Source of the DNA: Promethearchaeota archaeon
GTDB taxonomy: Archaea > Asgardarchaeota > Lokiarchaeia > Sigyniarchaeales > SOKP01
DNA length: 17,567 nucleotides
Assembly (NCBI GenBank): GCA_016930515.1
Contig: JAFGGO010000089.1
Location: 1 to 17,567, forward strand
Reading direction: 5' to 3'
Numbering within the stretch: the first letter of the stretch is position 1; each line of letters starts with the position of its first letter. The notes beneath the pieces were generated by a model. The model saw nothing but the letters and a program-made list of their open reading frames with translations, did not search any database and was not told the origin of the DNA. This document shows, piece by piece, positions 1 through 8,596 of the stretch. The position numbers and the translations under genes were made by a program.

Positions 1-64
1 GATATTGATTTGAAAATTATAAAAATGAAATATTGAAAGATATATTAATATTCAAATTAAAAAA

Positions 65-910
65 TTAAGAGATTAAGAATTGTTTGAAAATCGGAATTAA
101 TCCAAAATTTTCAAATACCATAAAATGCCCGGTATTTTCAATAATTCTCCAATCGCAATCTGGCATTTTTTCAACGAATTCCCTGTTATCATCAATATTA
201 ATTATTTTATCCTTATCTCCGTTAACTAAAAGAGTTTTTGTCTTTATATTTTCTGGTTTTATTACTTTTGCAACGTCTTCCACTTTATTTACAAATTCGA
301 TATGATCCCGAAATGTCAATAAATGTTTTTCATCAATATTTTTGAATTGAGAACGTATTGCCATTTTAAATTGTTCAGGAAGATTTTCTCCAAAACCATT
401 AATGAGAGTATCAGCAATTTTGGTTTTTTCTCCCTTTTCAATGAGCTCTGTTACTTCCTTCATTAGATGTCTCATGTGATCGTTTGGTTTCGTGCCAAAA
501 CTCGCTAATATCATTTTTTTAACCATATCTGGAAACTTTTCCGCAAATCCCATGACAATTATTGCTCCCCATGAAGCACTCACAAGGTGTAAGTTATGAT
601 GCGCTCCAGTCGCTAATATTAGATCGTGAAGTATTTCAATTTGTTCCTCAAAACTAACAACTGTAGGACCAGATAAAATTCTCGCCCTTCCTTGTCCAGG
701 AAAATCAAAAATGATTACTCTAAAATCTTCCTTAAAAGCAGGAACGATTGGGCGCCACATTCCCATGGATTGTTGAGCTCCGTTTATAAAGATTATCGTC
801 TTTTCTTTCTTCCCGTATACTCTGTAAGGGATGGTAAAACGTCTTGTTTCTAAAACGCCTTTAAATTCGTCAATTTCACTAATGATCATTTCTACATCCA
901 TTTTTGTCAT
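65..910 (-). CDS. Alpha/beta-hydrolase fold protein, RhlA/PhaG-like acyltransferase/thioesterase
   Basis: Motifs FINGA, FDFPGQG, nucleophile elbow HLVSASWGA, NGDKD and ENTGHF suggest an intact Ser-Asp-His triad. The NGA / HLVSASWG / TGHF combination matches RhlA/PhaG as I recall them. Confidence 0.8.
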   Translation of the reverse strand: MTKMDVEMIISEIDEFKGVLETRRFTIPYRVYGKKEKTIIFINGAQQSMGMWRPIVPAFKEDFRVIIFDFPGQGRARILSGPTVVSFEEQIEILHDLILATGAHHNLHLVSASWGAIIVMGFAEKFPDMVKKMILASFGTKPNDHMRHLMKEVTELIEKGEKTKIADTLINGFGENLPEQFKMAIRSQFKNIDEKHLLTFRDHIEFVNKVEDVAKVIKPENIKTKTLLVNGDKDKIINIDDNREFVEKMPDCDWRIIENTGHFMVFENFGLIPIFKQFLIS

Positions 911-1065
911 TTCCTTTATCCCATTAATTCCATTTAGAAGGAACTAATTTAAATGATTTTGAAAATATTGTAAAAATTAAATATCTTTCCCTAATTAAGC
1001 GTATATAGATTTTTGTTATATTTATTAACAAAAATTTAAATATATAGCAAAAAGATGATTATTTT

Positions 1066-1803
1066 ATGGAGTCTTTAGATATAGCTAATGGCGTTTTAGG
1101 GCTTGTTTTTATTATAATCACGACTATATCAGGATTAACAATTGCATTAAAGTACATAGAAAAAAAAAATATAGATTATCTTTTTGTAGGAATCGCTTGG
1201 ATCTTATTTTGTTCTGCTTGGTACGGTACTAGCGTCAGTTTCATTGTTTCATTTTTCAATAATGGTGAAGGATTACCTATTCAAGCTATATTATTGATCA
1301 ATTTCTTGCCCTTTCCTATTGGGCTAGCCCTTTGGATTATCACATTTACAAAATTTACTTTTGTTAATAAAAATTGGAAGAAACTCTTTTTAGTATATAA
1401 TTTTGTGAGTTTAACCATGTTTTATATCGTATTTATCACTTTTTTATTTATTGATGTGAATCAAATTGCAACAAAAAATTCTGCTGTCGATTTAAAAAAC
1501 GAAAATTTTGGATTGGCAATTTTCTTGTTACTATTAATTATAATGTTACTTATTACCGGCTTAATTTTTGCATATAAAACATATCATCTTGATAATCCTG
1601 AAACAAAACTTAAAGCTATTTTCTTATTTTTGGCATTCCCCTCATTAACAATTGGTTCAATTTTAGATGCAATGATTAATACAACTGCCTTAACACTCGT
1701 TCTCTTTAGGATTTTATTGATGACAAGTGCGATCGAATTTTATCTTGGATTTATTACTCCAAAATGGATCAAAAAGCGATTAAATCTAAATCAATTGATA
1801 TAA
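1066..1803 (+). CDS. Seven-transmembrane protein of unknown function
   Basis: 245-aa ORF with seven hydrophobic segments, short loops, a basic C-tail (YLGFITPKWIKKR) and no soluble output domain. Confidence 0.75.
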   Translation: MESLDIANGVLGLVFIIITTISGLTIALKYIEKKNIDYLFVGIAWILFCSAWYGTSVSFIVSFFNNGEGLPIQAILLINFLPFPIGLALWIITFTKFTFVNKNWKKLFLVYNFVSLTMFYIVFITFLFIDVNQIATKNSAVDLKNENFGLAIFLLLLIIMLLITGLIFAYKTYHLDNPETKLKAIFLFLAFPSLTIGSILDAMINTTALTLVLFRILLMTSAIEFYLGFITPKWIKKRLNLNQLI

Positions 1804-1849
1804 TTAATAATTCGTGAATAAATCGAAAAATCAGACTCAAGTTAAATAA

Positions 1850-2737
1850 CTAGACTAGGTGATGGAAGCTTTCTCCCTTGATGATGGTGTCTAGAAGAAT
1901 TTTAAAATTCTGTTCGTTTCCAAAAATCAGAAAAATTTTCTTATCTATCGGGACGATTGCTTGCTTTCCGACCATTCTCCATTTCTTTTTAAATTTCAGT
2001 TTGATGTATACTTCTGCTCCACGATAATTTTCAATTTTTTTTTCTTCTAATCTCACATCTTCAAAACTTGGGATTTTATCTTTTCTAATTTCGTGTTCAG
2101 TCTTTTTTTTAAAGATGTTAAATGTTTCGTTAAGAATTTGTTCGTCGTTTTCTATCGTTCTGTCAAAAAAGAAAACGATTAATCCGCAATCTTTAGGTAT
2201 GCCATTAGAACCTTTAAGTTCGTAATCAAGCGTAAGACGTCCTAGATATTCACTGCGCTCAACGACTTCGGACTTAATTTTCCAACCCATTTTTACAAGT
2301 TGTTCCAAGTATTTACGGGCACCAATGTGGATCGAATCAATTGTGAGCTTCTTAGCACCTTGATATCTAATGTCGAGCTTATCTCCGATTAATACTGAAC
2401 TATCTTTCATATTTTTTAGATTCTTCTCAAAATTCTCAATAATATCGTTGAGCATCTGATATGGAGGATTTGCTACATATTTAAACCTTCTTGGGGCTTC
2501 CGATATCAAGGTGGAAACCACCCATCCCTTCTCTGTTAAACGTTCCATTATTGCGTATATCGTGGTCCTTCCAATATTTAATTCGTCTTTGATACGCCCA
2601 ACTATTTCTCCTCTCGTGCCGCGTTTAAGAAGGGAAAGGTATACATTTGCCTCTTCTTTTGACAAGCCAAATTTGACCAATCCACGAATATATTCCGTGG
2701 TTCCTTCTTCGTCAGCATCTTCTAGATACAACATCAT
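1850..2737 (-). CDS. TrmB-family winged-HTH regulator with non-canonical C-terminal domain (paralog 1)
   Basis: N-terminal LVKFGLSKEEANVYLSLL...IGRTTIYAIMERLTEKGWV...YVANPP followed by a coiled segment. The C-terminal domain is homologous to that of 8597..9448. Confidence 0.85.
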   Translation of the reverse strand: MMLYLEDADEEGTTEYIRGLVKFGLSKEEANVYLSLLKRGTRGEIVGRIKDELNIGRTTIYAIMERLTEKGWVVSTLISEAPRRFKYVANPPYQMLNDIIENFEKNLKNMKDSSVLIGDKLDIRYQGAKKLTIDSIHIGARKYLEQLVKMGWKIKSEVVERSEYLGRLTLDYELKGSNGIPKDCGLIVFFFDRTIENDEQILNETFNIFKKKTEHEIRKDKIPSFEDVRLEEKKIENYRGAEVYIKLKFKKKWRMVGKQAIVPIDKKIFLIFGNEQNFKILLDTIIKGESFHHLV

Positions 2738-2777
2738 TAATATATAATATTCAATAAATCCTAATATACAAATCCTC

Positions 2778-2797
2778 TTGTCATCTTATCTTGACAA
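2778..2797. promoter_or_regulatory. Palindromic putative operator TTGTCA-N8-TGACAA between divergent regulator and methyltransferase
   Basis: Perfect 6-bp inverted repeat (2778-2783 / 2792-2797) about 41 nt upstream of the regulator start. The same core and spacing recur at 9484-9501. Confidence 0.6.
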
Positions 2798-2956
2798 CTT
2801 CAATAGGCTTATATTTTAACTCCCGCTATCCATCCTTAGATTGCTAATGTGAACATAATTATAATATCATGCTATCAAAAAAGAAATTCCAACAGCAATC
2901 TAGAGACAATGATAATTAAAAGTGATAAAAAAAATGTTAAATGGGCGGGATAAAAA

Positions 2957-3655
2957 ATGAATAAAAATAAACCAAAAAAACTACCTCCAAGAATACCTGA
3001 AGGAGAATCGATACAAGATGGGCCTGAGATGGGTCTCGACGAACTAAACAAGCAATTCAAAAAGCGGATGAAAGAATATGAGCGTTTTGTTAAATTCGTT
3101 GTAAAAGATTTGAATCTTAAAGATAATTCTAACGTTCTGGAAATAGGGCCTGGACCATCTTGGATCAGTATTTTACTGGTAAAATCAAATCCCTCTTTTA
3201 AATTAGTCGGATTGGAGATCTCAAATGATATGATTAAATTGGCAAAAAAAAACATAAGTGACGAAAATGTCGAAAATAACATTTCTTTTATTTTAGGAAA
3301 CGCTAAAGACATGTCTATTTTTGAAGATAAATCGTTTGATGCAATTATTAGTCACGATAGCCTCCATCATTGGGAAGAACCAATACAGGTATTTAACGAA
3401 ATTGCTCGAGTACTAAAAGACGATGGGATTTTATGTATTAGAGATGGTCGAAGAGATATTGGTTTGGGAGCAAAAATAATATTTCAACTTGCCAGGTTTT
3501 TTATTTCTAAGAAAATGAGTTATTTCTGGAAAACATCCATAATGGCTAGCTATACTCCAGTTGAATTGCAAGAAATGATAAATTTAACAAGATTAAAAAA
3601 TAAAATAGAAATAAAAACGGACATTTTTGATATAATCATCTGCAGTCCTTCCTAA
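2957..3655 (+). CDS. Class I SAM-dependent methyltransferase
   Basis: Motif I VLEIGPGPS, GLEISNDM, GNAKDM, FDAIISHDSLHHW and EIARVLKDDG. Confidence 0.9.
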   Translation: MNKNKPKKLPPRIPEGESIQDGPEMGLDELNKQFKKRMKEYERFVKFVVKDLNLKDNSNVLEIGPGPSWISILLVKSNPSFKLVGLEISNDMIKLAKKNISDENVENNISFILGNAKDMSIFEDKSFDAIISHDSLHHWEEPIQVFNEIARVLKDDGILCIRDGRRDIGLGAKIIFQLARFFISKKMSYFWKTSIMASYTPVELQEMINLTRLKNKIEIKTDIFDIIICSPS

Positions 3656-3670
3656 AAAAGTCTGATATAA

Positions 3671-3868
3671 ATGAAAAACAAGCAATGCAAGTGGTATTTT
3701 GCATGTCCAATCAAGTCGTTTGTTGAGAAAGGAAAATTAGATCCGATTTGGGTTGAAAAATATTGCTTGGTGGGCAATAAAGATTGTGAAAGATATAAAA
3801 TGGAAGAAAGAGGGGAATATCACCCCGATAACATGCTACCTGATGGTGAAATCAAGGACGATCTCTGA
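3671..3868 (+). CDS. Small four-cysteine protein, probably metal-binding
   Basis: 65 aa with C-x5-CP...YC-x6-C-x-RY...HPDNMLPDG. Starts 15 nt after the methyltransferase stop, so likely co-transcribed. Confidence 0.75.
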   Translation: MKNKQCKWYFACPIKSFVEKGKLDPIWVEKYCLVGNKDCERYKMEERGEYHPDNMLPDGEIKDDL

Positions 3869-3971
3869 CATTCTCTTTCATAAATGAATATTTTTTTTAT
3901 AAAACATTCGAGTTAGAATTAAATAAATCCGCATCTAACTATAAGTATTAAAAATTTAAAAGTGAATATTG

Positions 3972-4511
3972 ATGGATCTGAATAGAGAAAATAAGTATTA
4001 CATCTTTATCAAAGCGCTGGTATATCTGGTCATTTTTTCGTTTCTACATTTTGCCTACGATATCAGCCAAGAAAACATCGTGGTTGGAATTTTTAGCGGA
4101 ACCGACGAGAGTGTTTTTCAACACATGAAAATCGGCTTCTACTCATATTTAATCTTGACCGTTATAGAATATCTGATATTCATGAAGCAGATTAATAAAG
4201 GCGGAATGGATAAATTCTTATATTCTCGCTTGCTCTCGGCTATATTACTCTCGTGGTTTATGATAGTGTTATATTTAATAGCAGCGCTATTCTTTCAAGA
4301 ACAACCACCTTTAGAATTCGAGATCTTTTACTCGATAATCATGGGATACATCAGCATACTTCCCGTTTTAATGCTGGAAATATGGTACGAAAAGTTTGAA
4401 TTTCCGAAGCAGATAAAATATCTCATAATATTTTTTGTTATCTTGCTCGTTTTAGAATTTACCCTATTCACATTTAATAAGCCTTGGCACGATATATTTC
4501 TCGAACCTTAA
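3972..4511 (+). CDS. Integral membrane protein, DUF6512-like
   Basis: About 5 TM segments with LHFAYD and ESVFQHMK motifs. ATG at 3972 preferred over TTG at 3969. Confidence 0.65.
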   Translation: MDLNRENKYYIFIKALVYLVIFSFLHFAYDISQENIVVGIFSGTDESVFQHMKIGFYSYLILTVIEYLIFMKQINKGGMDKFLYSRLLSAILLSWFMIVLYLIAALFFQEQPPLEFEIFYSIIMGYISILPVLMLEIWYEKFEFPKQIKYLIIFFVILLVLEFTLFTFNKPWHDIFLEP

Positions 4512-4580
4512 ATATATCGCTTGCTTTATTTTTTTTAAGAAAAGTATAAACTAAAAATTAGTTTATTAAAATAAATCATT

Positions 4581-5219
4581 TTATTGAATTTGAACAAATC
4601 CGTCCTTGTCAATTGAGCATATTTGAATGTGATATCCGGATGCCGCGTCTCGCTCTTTAGAACTCGTAATTGCGGTCTTAATGAGCTCTACACCCTCGTC
4701 TTTTGACATGTTAGGCTTCCAATCGGCCTCGAGAACGCCTAAGGAAAACGGAGAACCCGAACCAAAAGAGATGAATTTTTCTTCTTCGAATAAAGCTCCT
4801 AAAAGATCAACACCGCATAATTTGCCCTTCTTTTCATGTAATGAATATCCTCCGACGATCATCATGGCCATGAAGTACGAACGTCCTTGAAATAAAATGT
4901 TTCTCGTGATATTTGCGATGTATTTCGGGTCGGGAACAGTACCCTCTTCGACTTGTTTTAGTCTCGATAAGGCTTGGATTTGGTTGATAACATACTGACA
5001 GTCCGCAACGCCTCCAGAAATCGTTGCTGCCGTGTAATCGTTAATTTGAAATAATTTTTGCGCAGTTTTCGTTGCCACGGTGTAGCCCGCCGTTGCCTGA
5101 GATTCAGTTCCGATTACAACGCCATCTTTGACCATTACGCCTACCGTAGTCGTGCTCGTCTTGATTATATTATCCAAGGCGGCCTCGTCGAAATTTACAA
5201 TGTCTCTATTTTGCATCAT
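4581..5219 (-). CDS. psmB: Proteasome subunit beta
   Basis: Propeptide then TTTVG...DGVVIGTE, Lys33 (AQKLF), GGVADCQ, GSGS and RDAASG of the Ntn-hydrolase beta subunit. Confidence 0.95.
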   Translation of the reverse strand: MMQNRDIVNFDEAALDNIIKTSTTTVGVMVKDGVVIGTESQATAGYTVATKTAQKLFQINDYTAATISGGVADCQYVINQIQALSRLKQVEEGTVPDPKYIANITRNILFQGRSYFMAMMIVGGYSLHEKKGKLCGVDLLGALFEEEKFISFGSGSPFSLGVLEADWKPNMSKDEGVELIKTAITSSKERDAASGYHIQICSIDKDGFVQIQ

Positions 5220-5363
5220 TTTTATTCAAATAATTATAATGAGTTATCCTTAATAAAAATTCAAATTATATTTATTTTTCTTAAATACCTTCCAATGTAA
5301 AAATTTTAAAGATATCCTTCACTACTAAAAACTATAATTTTATGTTAAAATGGTATAATTACT

Positions 5364-5741
5364 ATGGCTCGAAGTCAAGCACGTTCAAAAAGAAAATACA
5401 CGGGAAAAAAATATAAGAGCTTCAGAAAAAAGAGAAAAATGGAATTAGCTCGTCCACCAATTCAAACTTCTATAGCAAGCGATAAAAAGAAAAAACAACG
5501 GACTCTTGGAGGAAATACCAAGTTGAAGCTCTTTTCCACGGAATTCGTTAATGTTACTGATCCTAATACGAATAAAACGGCAAAAGCCAAAATACTCAAG
5601 TTTGAAAGCAACGAAGCTTCCAAGGACTTGAATCGAAGACACATTCTTACAAAGGGTGCTATCGTGGAAACGGAATTAGGAAAAGCCCGAATCACCAGTC
5701 GTCCTGGGCAGCATGGCGTCTTAAATGGCATTCTCATGTGA
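5364..5741 (+). CDS. rps8e: 30S ribosomal protein S8e (eS8)
   Basis: RSKRKYTG, RKKRKMEL, RTLGGN and ILTKGAIVETELGKARITSRPGQHGVLNG signature. Confidence 0.97.
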   Translation: MARSQARSKRKYTGKKYKSFRKKRKMELARPPIQTSIASDKKKKQRTLGGNTKLKLFSTEFVNVTDPNTNKTAKAKILKFESNEASKDLNRRHILTKGAIVETELGKARITSRPGQHGVLNGILM

Positions 5742-5922
5742 TTTATTTTTCTCTTTCTTTATAACATTCATTCTTTTATAAAATGGGTATAGATTTAGAT
5801 TTGATTATAATTTTGGAATAACTTTTTCAATAATATTTTATAATATTCATTTGAAATTCCTTTAAATCAGTGTTTCCAAAATATTAATGAAGATATAGTC
5901 AATTTAAATATTCTTGGTATTA

Positions 5923-6771
5923 ATGATGTTATCTAAAAAAATATTAAAAAAAAATCCATTTACGGGCAAGAATGTGATTGTTTGTGGTGGTTCAAGAGGG
6001 ATTGGGAAGGATACATCGAAACTTCTGGTTAGTTTGGGCGCAAATACTTGCGTGGTGGCTATTCATGATCTCCAAGAAGTCAAGCAAGAATTGGAATCCC
6101 GAAAGATCAACGATAATCAACGTGTCACGACTATATATTGCGATTGTACCGATTATGACAAGTTAAAGGAACTCCTTCAAGTACATATTGAGAAAGCTGG
6201 TCATCCAGATTATTTGATCAATGTTGTTGGCTATGCCCGTCCTAATTACATCGAAAACCTTACCTTAAAAGATTTTCAAGACACCTTGAATCAAAACTAT
6301 TTTGGTCAATTGATACCAACCTTGATCGTTCTGCCATATTTCATAAAGGCTAGAAGGGGGCATTTAGCTTGCGTTTCTTCCTTATTAGGATTTATTGGAG
6401 CGATGGGATATACAACCTATTCGCCCACTAAATTTGCTTTAGTCGGACTATTGGAAGCATTACGCAACGAATTAAGCCCTCTTGGAATCCATTGTTCTGT
6501 TCTCTATCCTCCCGACACAAGAACTCCAGGTTTTGAACAGGAAAACGAATTTAAGCCTAAAGAATGCAAGATCATTTCCAAGAGAGGTAAAATATTAGAA
6601 CCAAGTTATGTCGCTGAAGTGTTTATTCGAGGAATAATCAATAATAAATTTTCCATTTTTCCAGGAAAATCGAAATTATTCTGGCGAGTGAAAAGAATGT
6701 TTCCGAGCTTGATATACAAAATCATAGATTCGGACTTAAAAAAAGCCCGAAAACAATTGGGAAAGTATTAA
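5923..6771 (+). CDS. Short-chain dehydrogenase/reductase, KDSR/Tsc10-like
   Basis: GGSRGIG cofactor motif, VSS, catalytic YSPTK and the KDSR-type PPDTRTPGFEQENEFKP motif. ATG at 5923 or 5926 is more likely than TTG at 5914. Confidence 0.85.
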   Translation: MMLSKKILKKNPFTGKNVIVCGGSRGIGKDTSKLLVSLGANTCVVAIHDLQEVKQELESRKINDNQRVTTIYCDCTDYDKLKELLQVHIEKAGHPDYLINVVGYARPNYIENLTLKDFQDTLNQNYFGQLIPTLIVLPYFIKARRGHLACVSSLLGFIGAMGYTTYSPTKFALVGLLEALRNELSPLGIHCSVLYPPDTRTPGFEQENEFKPKECKIISKRGKILEPSYVAEVFIRGIINNKFSIFPGKSKLFWRVKRMFPSLIYKIIDSDLKKARKQLGKY

Positions 6772-6818
6772 TATTGTAACTTCCCTGTTAAAAAAACAAA
6801 AGAATTAAATCAATCTTC

Positions 6819-7220
6819 CTAAATTTTTGTTGTATTTGCAAAGAAATAGGATATAAATGTGTCGGAGAATTGCCCGCTTTGCTCTTTTCGTGCTTCATTT
6901 TTATCCCTTATGGATGAGTGTTTATAACCACTATCTAATCCTCTGAGAAAGAGCCTACCATCTTCGGTGATCATATAATTGCCCACGCTTGGTTTTCTAA
7001 TAAGAGCTTTATCAATCAATTTCGTCAAGTGATTTGCCAGAGCTGTTTTCTGTAATGCTGTTACTTTCATTAAATCGTTAAATGATTTTTCTCCAGTTAA
7101 TAAGGACAATAATATTAGTAGCCTGCTCTCGTTCCCTATTGCCTTGACAAAACCCAAAACGATAGTAAATGCTTCTTCGATAGATTCTTCCAATTCGATG
7201 TTTGATTTTTGTGATATCAT
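6819..7220 (-). CDS. ArsR-type winged-HTH transcriptional regulator
   Basis: KAIGNESRLLILLSLLTGEKSFNDL...KTALANHLTKL...GNYMITEDG. Start moved to ATG 7220 (MISQK) because the longer ORF overlaps the upstream pseudogene. Confidence 0.85.
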   Translation of the reverse strand: MISQKSNIELEESIEEAFTIVLGFVKAIGNESRLLILLSLLTGEKSFNDLMKVTALQKTALANHLTKLIDKALIRKPSVGNYMITEDGRLFLRGLDSGYKHSSIRDKNEARKEQSGQFSDTFISYFFANTTKI

Positions 7221-7234
7221 TTTAAAATAATTAA

Positions 7235-7489
7235 TCAATCTATATTTTTTATGGGAATATACCATTCTATTTCTGAATCTGGATCATCGAGCCCTTTGTA
7301 CCTCTGGCTATCGTAGCCCTCTAAGATGAAAGGAAACGATTGTTCCTAGTTATTTTCGGGAATCCATTTTTTGTACATATATGAACCTATCTCTAATTTT
7401 TGATTCATTTTTGTCCTGAATACGACATAGTTGGATTTAGGAAGGATCTTAATAAACATTTCCAAAGGAATTTCTTCAATTCTTCTTGT
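7235..7489 (-). pseudogene. Truncated GyrI-like (effector-binding) domain gene with internal amber stop
   Basis: Manual translation: TRRIEEIPLEMFIKILPKSNYVVFRTKMNQKLEIGSYMYKKWIPENN*EQSFPFILEGYDSQRYKGLDDPDSEIEWYIPIKNID*. TAG at 7346-7348, upstream in-frame TAA at 7490-7492, N-terminal half absent. Confidence 0.75.
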
Positions 7490-7707
7490 TTATATGTAAT
7501 GGAGAAAGAAAGTTATATCAGCATTCCCTCAAGAAAGATATTCAATCTGCTTTAAAGCAATAAGAATCTATTTGATATATTGTTCTATTTTTTATTAATT
7601 AATAAGGATCTAAAAATAAAATATCAATCTAAAATATTTTTATAATTGGAGATCTACGACAAATATTTCAAATAAGCTTATTACGAATTTTTCATTTAAA
7701 CTTAACA

Positions 7708-8526
7708 ATGCAGGCATTAGACGCGAGATCCGCAGTTGCAAGTGAGATTATGACTCCCTATGTCATCATGCTTGATATTGATGCTACATTCGAGGATGCA
7801 ATAAATATCTTACATGATAAAAAAATATCTGCCGTGTTCCTTCATGATAAAGGTAACGATCATTATTATGTTCTATCACATAGTGATGTAATTAGCTACC
7901 TTAAAGTGAAAGGAATGTTTAAATCGAACCTAGCAGATAAACCGGTCATCGAGCTAATGAAAGGGCCCATTAAAATGCTTGACGAAGATACTCCAATTGA
8001 TACTGTAATTCGTTTTTTAACGAAAAACAACTACAAGCGCACTTTGATTTCCAAGAATGGCAAACCCGTTGGCGTTATATCAACAAAAGATGTTCTCATA
8101 TGGAACAACACTTATTTCAAGCAGGCGAAACCTCAAATTTTCTTGTTTATATGCAATCTCTCGAGTAATGTAATCGCGAGATATTTTTTTGAGCATAACA
8201 TTGAAGATGAGGTCAAACACGACCTTATAGATCTGTTAGCGGGTGCTTTAAGTTCAATTTCGTTAATTACCGATGAGGTTATTAAGAAATCGGGGAAAAT
8301 TAGTCAACTCATGGGAGAACGGCGTTCAGTTTTATTTGAACCTTATAAAAATATAACGGGCATATTGATCTGTGATTATAATTCTATTGAATTACGGCGC
8401 AAGCTCCAAATTGCCACATTAAAATTTTATAAATTTCACGAAAATTACCTTAAAGTAGCTCAGGAATACAATAAAGGTATATCCTTGACCTTGGACATAA
8501 AACCAGTTATTTCTATCTTTAGTTGA
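7708..8526 (+). CDS. CBS-domain pair fused to a C-terminal longin-like domain
   Basis: ASEIMTP...ISAV...LSHSDV and ELMKGP...GKPVGVISTKDVL form two CBS motifs. The C-terminal DLLAGALSSI...SGKISQL...GILI...LRRKL...F pattern is typical of Asgard longin-like domains. Confidence 0.75.
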   Translation: MQALDARSAVASEIMTPYVIMLDIDATFEDAINILHDKKISAVFLHDKGNDHYYVLSHSDVISYLKVKGMFKSNLADKPVIELMKGPIKMLDEDTPIDTVIRFLTKNNYKRTLISKNGKPVGVISTKDVLIWNNTYFKQAKPQIFLFICNLSSNVIARYFFEHNIEDEVKHDLIDLLAGALSSISLITDEVIKKSGKISQLMGERRSVLFEPYKNITGILICDYNSIELRRKLQIATLKFYKFHENYLKVAQEYNKGISLTLDIKPVISIFS

Positions 8527-8596
8527 GCTTAATTTATAATTTAAATGAGTTTAATGCTTATTTATAGAATTCATGTGTTTGCTATTTAAAGTTATT

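Noticed and set aside
84-6166. Short ORFs 84..305, 2511..2747, 2875..3312, 4681..4890, 5058..5300, 5445..5642, 5462..5737 and 5978..6166
   Set aside because: They overlap well-supported genes and show no recognisable motifs.
7346-7348. Pyrrolysine readthrough of the TAG
   Set aside because: The gene also lacks its N-terminal half and no Pyl genes are in the window, so pseudogenisation is simpler.
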